Below, one piece after another: positions 62,241-64,000 of a stretch of 64,000 bases of DNA. A program made the position numbers and the translations under genes. The stretch is from Lama guanicoe (Eukaryota), in contig MU053588.1 in NCBI GenBank assembly GCA_013239625.1, positions 3,624,799 through 3,688,798 on the forward strand. The letters run 5' to 3'. How positions within the stretch are numbered: the first letter of the stretch is position 1; each line of letters starts with the position of its first letter. The notes below the pieces were generated by a model. That model was not told the origin of the DNA. It ran no database searches and saw only the letters and a program-made list of their open reading frames with translations.

Positions 62241-63334
62241 AGGTTCCCTGGCAGTTCCCAGGAGAAAGTCTGTGTGTCTGGGGGGGAGAGGGGGGAGTAC
62301 TGAGGCTCACAGAGAGGGTCTACTCCATACCTAGCATTCAGTAAATACTGAATGGGTGACTGCAGCATGCCAGCTTTGAGCTGAGTGATGCTGGAGACTA
62401 AGACAGAACCTGCGCTTGTCCTCACATAGCTCACAGTCTGATGGGGGAGACAGATATTAATCAAATAATCATGCAGATTGTTATTTATGAGGACAATGAA
62501 GGAAGAAGTGAAGGGAGCTACAGGGTGGTGTGGAGTCTAGAAGTGGGGGCTGGTGGGTGAAGCTTCCCTAAGGGTATAAATGGAGTTGCCTTAGGGTCTC
62601 AAAGACTTGAAGGTTTAGTCCTTGAGGCTGGTGGGGAATGGGAGGGACAGATCCCATTAGCAAGCAGAGGGAGCAGCCTGTGCAAAGACCTCTGTGGAAA
62701 GTAGCATGGACCATTCAAAATACAGAAAAGAGCAGTATGCCTGGAGCTCAGAAGGTGAGAAGAAAGAGGTGGAAAATGAGGCAGAAGAGCCAGGCAGGGG
62801 TGAGATCATTCGGGGCATCACAGGCCCTAAGGAGAGATTTAAATTAATTCTGAGAAAGACGGAGAATGTTTCAGGGGGTCTAAATAATCTGGGGGATACA
62901 ATCAGATTTGCTTTTTAGTCTATAAGTCTGGCAAGTGATGCAAAAACTGGTCAAGAGATGAAAAGGAAAGAGGGAAGAGTGGTTTCCTAATCCCATGGAA
63001 TTACATGGCCATGAAGACAGACCAACTACTGGTCTGGGCAGCAACGTGAGTCTCGTAATTCTATGTTGAGTTCGGGAGACCTTAAACAAATAAAAGATAG
63101 CATGTGACTCCATTCCTATGTCTAGAACAGACAAAACTAATCAGTGGTGAGAGAAATCAGAACAGTGGTTACTTTGGGGAGGGCACTGCCCCGGAGCGAA
63201 AGTAAGGAGACCCCACTATCTTTATCTCGGTGATAGTTACATGTGTGTACAAATATGTGACGAATCACCAAGCTGTATGGGGTCTACTTATGCACTTCAC
63301 TGACTGTGAACTATTCTTACAAAAAGAAATGGTG

Positions 63335-63478
63335 GGTGGGGTGTAGTATAGCTCAGTGGTAGTGCTTGTGCTGAGCATGCACAAGGTCCTGGGTTCAATC
63401 CCCAGTACCTCCATTAAAATAAATAAATAATACATAAATAAACCTAATTACCTCCCCCCTACTCCCCCAAAAAAGAAA
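63335..63478 (+). mobile_element. tRNA-derived SINE
   Basis: gtatagctcagtggtagtgcttgtgctgagcatgcacaaggtcctgggttcaatccccagtacctcc followed by an A-rich tail. Confidence 0.85.
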
Positions 63479-63833
63479 AAAGAAGTGGGGGGAATACCAC
63501 TGTAGCCTCTATTTAAAAAAAAACAAAACTGTAGAAGGAGTGAGAGAGAAGACCAGGAGACCAGGGAGGGAGCTGAGCAATCTCCCAGGTAAGAAAGAAA
63601 GCAGCAGCCCCTGGCAGCTGGTAGTTGCCTGGAACTCACAGTGAGGCCTGGGCCCTCTGTTACATCCCAGCATCAACAGAACACTAACATCAGACAGGAC
63701 CACCCAGTGACCTGGATGGAGAGAGACACACAATCAGGACCATTGCCTGAGCACAGAAAGAAAGAAACAAACAAGAACACTGTGTGAACCACGAAATAAC
63801 TAAGCATCTCCAAACATAAGTGACTGTTTGTAA

Positions 63834-63923
63834 TGTATTGTATTGTATTGTATTGTATTGTATTGTATTGTATTGTATTGTATTATATTATATTATATTA
63901 TATTATATTATATTATATTATAT
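63834..63923. repeat. Compound pentanucleotide microsatellite (TATTG)n(TATTA)n
   Basis: Read directly from the sequence. Confidence 0.95.
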
Positions 63924-64000
63924 TTTAAGCTACAGCTTTAACTGTGCTTTGTTTCTCCTAACTCATAGATAAGATTTAGCTATGGCGGGAAAAATAGCGG

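Overview
Repeat-rich mammalian DNA, most likely camelid (inferred from a recurring tRNA-derived SINE and the L1 3' UTR type). The left 16 kb holds an inverted, head-to-head pair of Binder-of-SPerm (BSP/PDC-109-like, two-FN2-domain) genes. The + strand copy is intact (13178-14915, 128 aa). The - strand copy (5305-1087) has a destroyed first FN2 exon. A degraded ERV-L provirus lies between them. The two arms are a mosaic of near-identical and clearly diverged tracts, which suggests gene conversion. At ~20.2-20.9 kb is a PPP1R14B (PHI-1) retrocopy whose own ATG is frameshifted but whose target-site duplication supplies a new in-frame ATG, restoring a 147-aa ORF. The 21-57 kb interval is mostly L1, LTR, SINE and MER repeats, with one strong CTCF-like site. 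The right end holds a complete 5-exon LYPD3 (C4.4A) gene on the - strand, with unusual intronic arrays of ZNF143/THAP11-like, GC-box and RBPJ-like motifs. All calls were made by eye and from recalled family knowledge. No alignments or database searches were run.
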